Shown here piece by piece: positions 62,412-64,000 of a stretch of DNA of 64,000 nt (positions are counted from its first letter, which is position 1; each line of letters begins with the position of its first letter). The notes below the pieces were generated by a model. That model was not told where the DNA came from. It saw nothing but the letters and a program-made list of their open reading frames with translations, and did no database searches. The position numbers and the translations under genes were made by a program. This DNA comes from the human T2T-CHM13v2.0 reference genome, Homo sapiens: the NCBI RefSeq assembly GCF_009914755.1, contig NC_060945.1, one strand, 5' to 3'.

Positions 62412-64000
62412 TGCATACTGTTTTTCATAGTGATTGCATCATTGTACATTCCCATCAACCGTGTTCAAAGGTGACAATTTTCCATACTGTCACCAATATT
62501 TATATTTTTTATATATAGCAACCATATTAGCAGGTGTGAGCTGATAACTCACTGTGGTTTTGATTTTTAGTTCCCTTGTGATTAGTGTGTTGAGCACCTT
62601 ATTTTATATCTGATAGTCATTTGTATGTCTTCCCTGGAGAAGTGTCTAAGTTCTTGGTCCATTTTCACTTTATTTTTTATTTAGTTGGGTAAGTTCCCTG
62701 CGTATTTTGGATATTAACCCCTTGTCAGATATATGCTTTGCAAGTAATTTCTCCCATTCCATAAATTGCCTTATTATCTTATTAACTATTTCCTTTGTTG
62801 TGCAGAGGTCTTTTACCTTGGTGCAGTTCCCACTTGCCAGTTTTTATTTTATTTGCCTGTAGTTTTGGTGACATATTCAATAACTCATGGCCAAAGGCAA
62901 TGGAAAGGAGTTTTCTCCTGTTTTCTTCTAAGAGCCTTACAATTCCAGGTCTTACGTTCAAGTCTTTAATCCATTTTGAGTTGATTTTTGTGTGTAGTGT
63001 AAGATGTAGGGTTCCAACTTCATACTTTTGCAAGTGGATTTCTGGATTTCCCAGCATAATTTCTTGAAAAGTCTATCCTCTCCCTATTGTATATGCATGA
63101 TGGCCTTGTAGATCAGTTGACCATATACACCCACATTTATTTCTGAGTTCTCAAGTTTTTTAATTTTTTAAAAACACATATATACATATATATATATATA
63201 TATTTTTTTTTTTTTTGAGACAGAATACTGCTCTGTCACCCAGGCTGGTGTGCAGTGGCACAGTCATGGTTCACTGCAACCTCTGCCTCCTGGATTCAAG
63301 TGATTCCGATGCCTCAACTTCTTGAGTAGCTGTGACTTCAGGCATGCGCCACCTCACTGGGCTAATTTTTGCATTTTTAGTAGAGATGGGGTTTTATCAT
63401 GTTGCCCAGGCCCATCTGGAACCCCTGGTCTCAGGTTATCTGCCAGCCTTTGCCAGCTTACAGAAATTACAGTGCTGGGATTACAGGCATGAGCTACGCA
63501 TGCCCAGCTGAGCCCTCAATTTTGTTTCATTGGTCTATATGTCTGTTTTTATCCCAGCACCATCCTGTTTTGATTACTATAGCTTTGTAATATGTTTTGA
63601 AATGAGGCAGTGTGATGCCTCCAGTTTTGTTCTTTCTTCTCAAGATGACTTTGTATATCCTGGGTCTTTTGTTGTTCCATATAAATTTTAGCACTATTTT
63701 TCTATTTCTGAATTAAATCCCATTGGGATTTTGATGGGAATAGAATTCCAATTTATCGCGTAATATGAACGTTTTAACACTATTAAGACTCCAATACATA
63801 AACATAAGATTTATTTCCATTTTTTTTTCTAATTTATTTCCTTAATGTATTGTAGCTTTCAATGCAAGGAAAATGTCTTTTACCTCCCTGGGTAAGTTTA
63901 TTTCTATTTTTTAATGGGATTAATTCTATTATAAATGAGACTTTTAATTTCCTTTTCAGATTGCATGTTGTTAGTATGTAGAAATACAAATGCAACTTTT
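62412..64000 (-). mobile_element. Old L1 (L1MA/MB-like) ORF2 3' region, interrupted by an Alu
   Basis: ORF 62782-63057(-) contains [16 protein letters not shown]; runs off the window end. Confidence 0.88.
63203..63514 (-). mobile_element. Alu (old, J/S-like) with (TA)n at its tail
   Basis: Poly(T)-gagacagaatactgctctgtcaccc...catgcccagc; (TA)n at 63179-63202. Confidence 0.94.

Overview
AT-rich, gene-poor primate genomic DNA (probably human or ape, judged from AluY and L1PA2/3-type elements) dominated by transposable elements. It holds young and old LINE-1 copies, 11 Alus, MaLR solo LTRs, an LTR33 plus ERVL internal remnant, L2/MIR fragments, MADE1 and MER58. I recognise no host protein-coding gene, RNA gene or CRISPR array. 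The long ORFs are broken L1 ORF2 pieces, and the short ones are Alu or L1 antisense frames or AT-rich noise. I found no new gene system. The most unusual signal is structural: a cluster of local copy-and-paste scars whose donors lie 0.7-2.4 kb away inside this window (26.3 kb from 28.7 kb; 57.2 kb from 55.0 kb; 34.06 kb from 32.9 kb, inverted; 23.7 kb from 24.9 kb; 8.5 kb/9.2 kb pair). Other oddities are a 469-bp inverted L1 duplication with a hairpin junction, a ~100-nt non-TE hairpin, a polyadenylated orphan insert inside an L1, an L1 with a 44-bp TSD, an L1 whose first 12 nt are fused to the end of ORF1, and two candidate micro-exons. Subfamily names come from recalled consensus sequences, and identities are hand counts. 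Both need confirming by computation.
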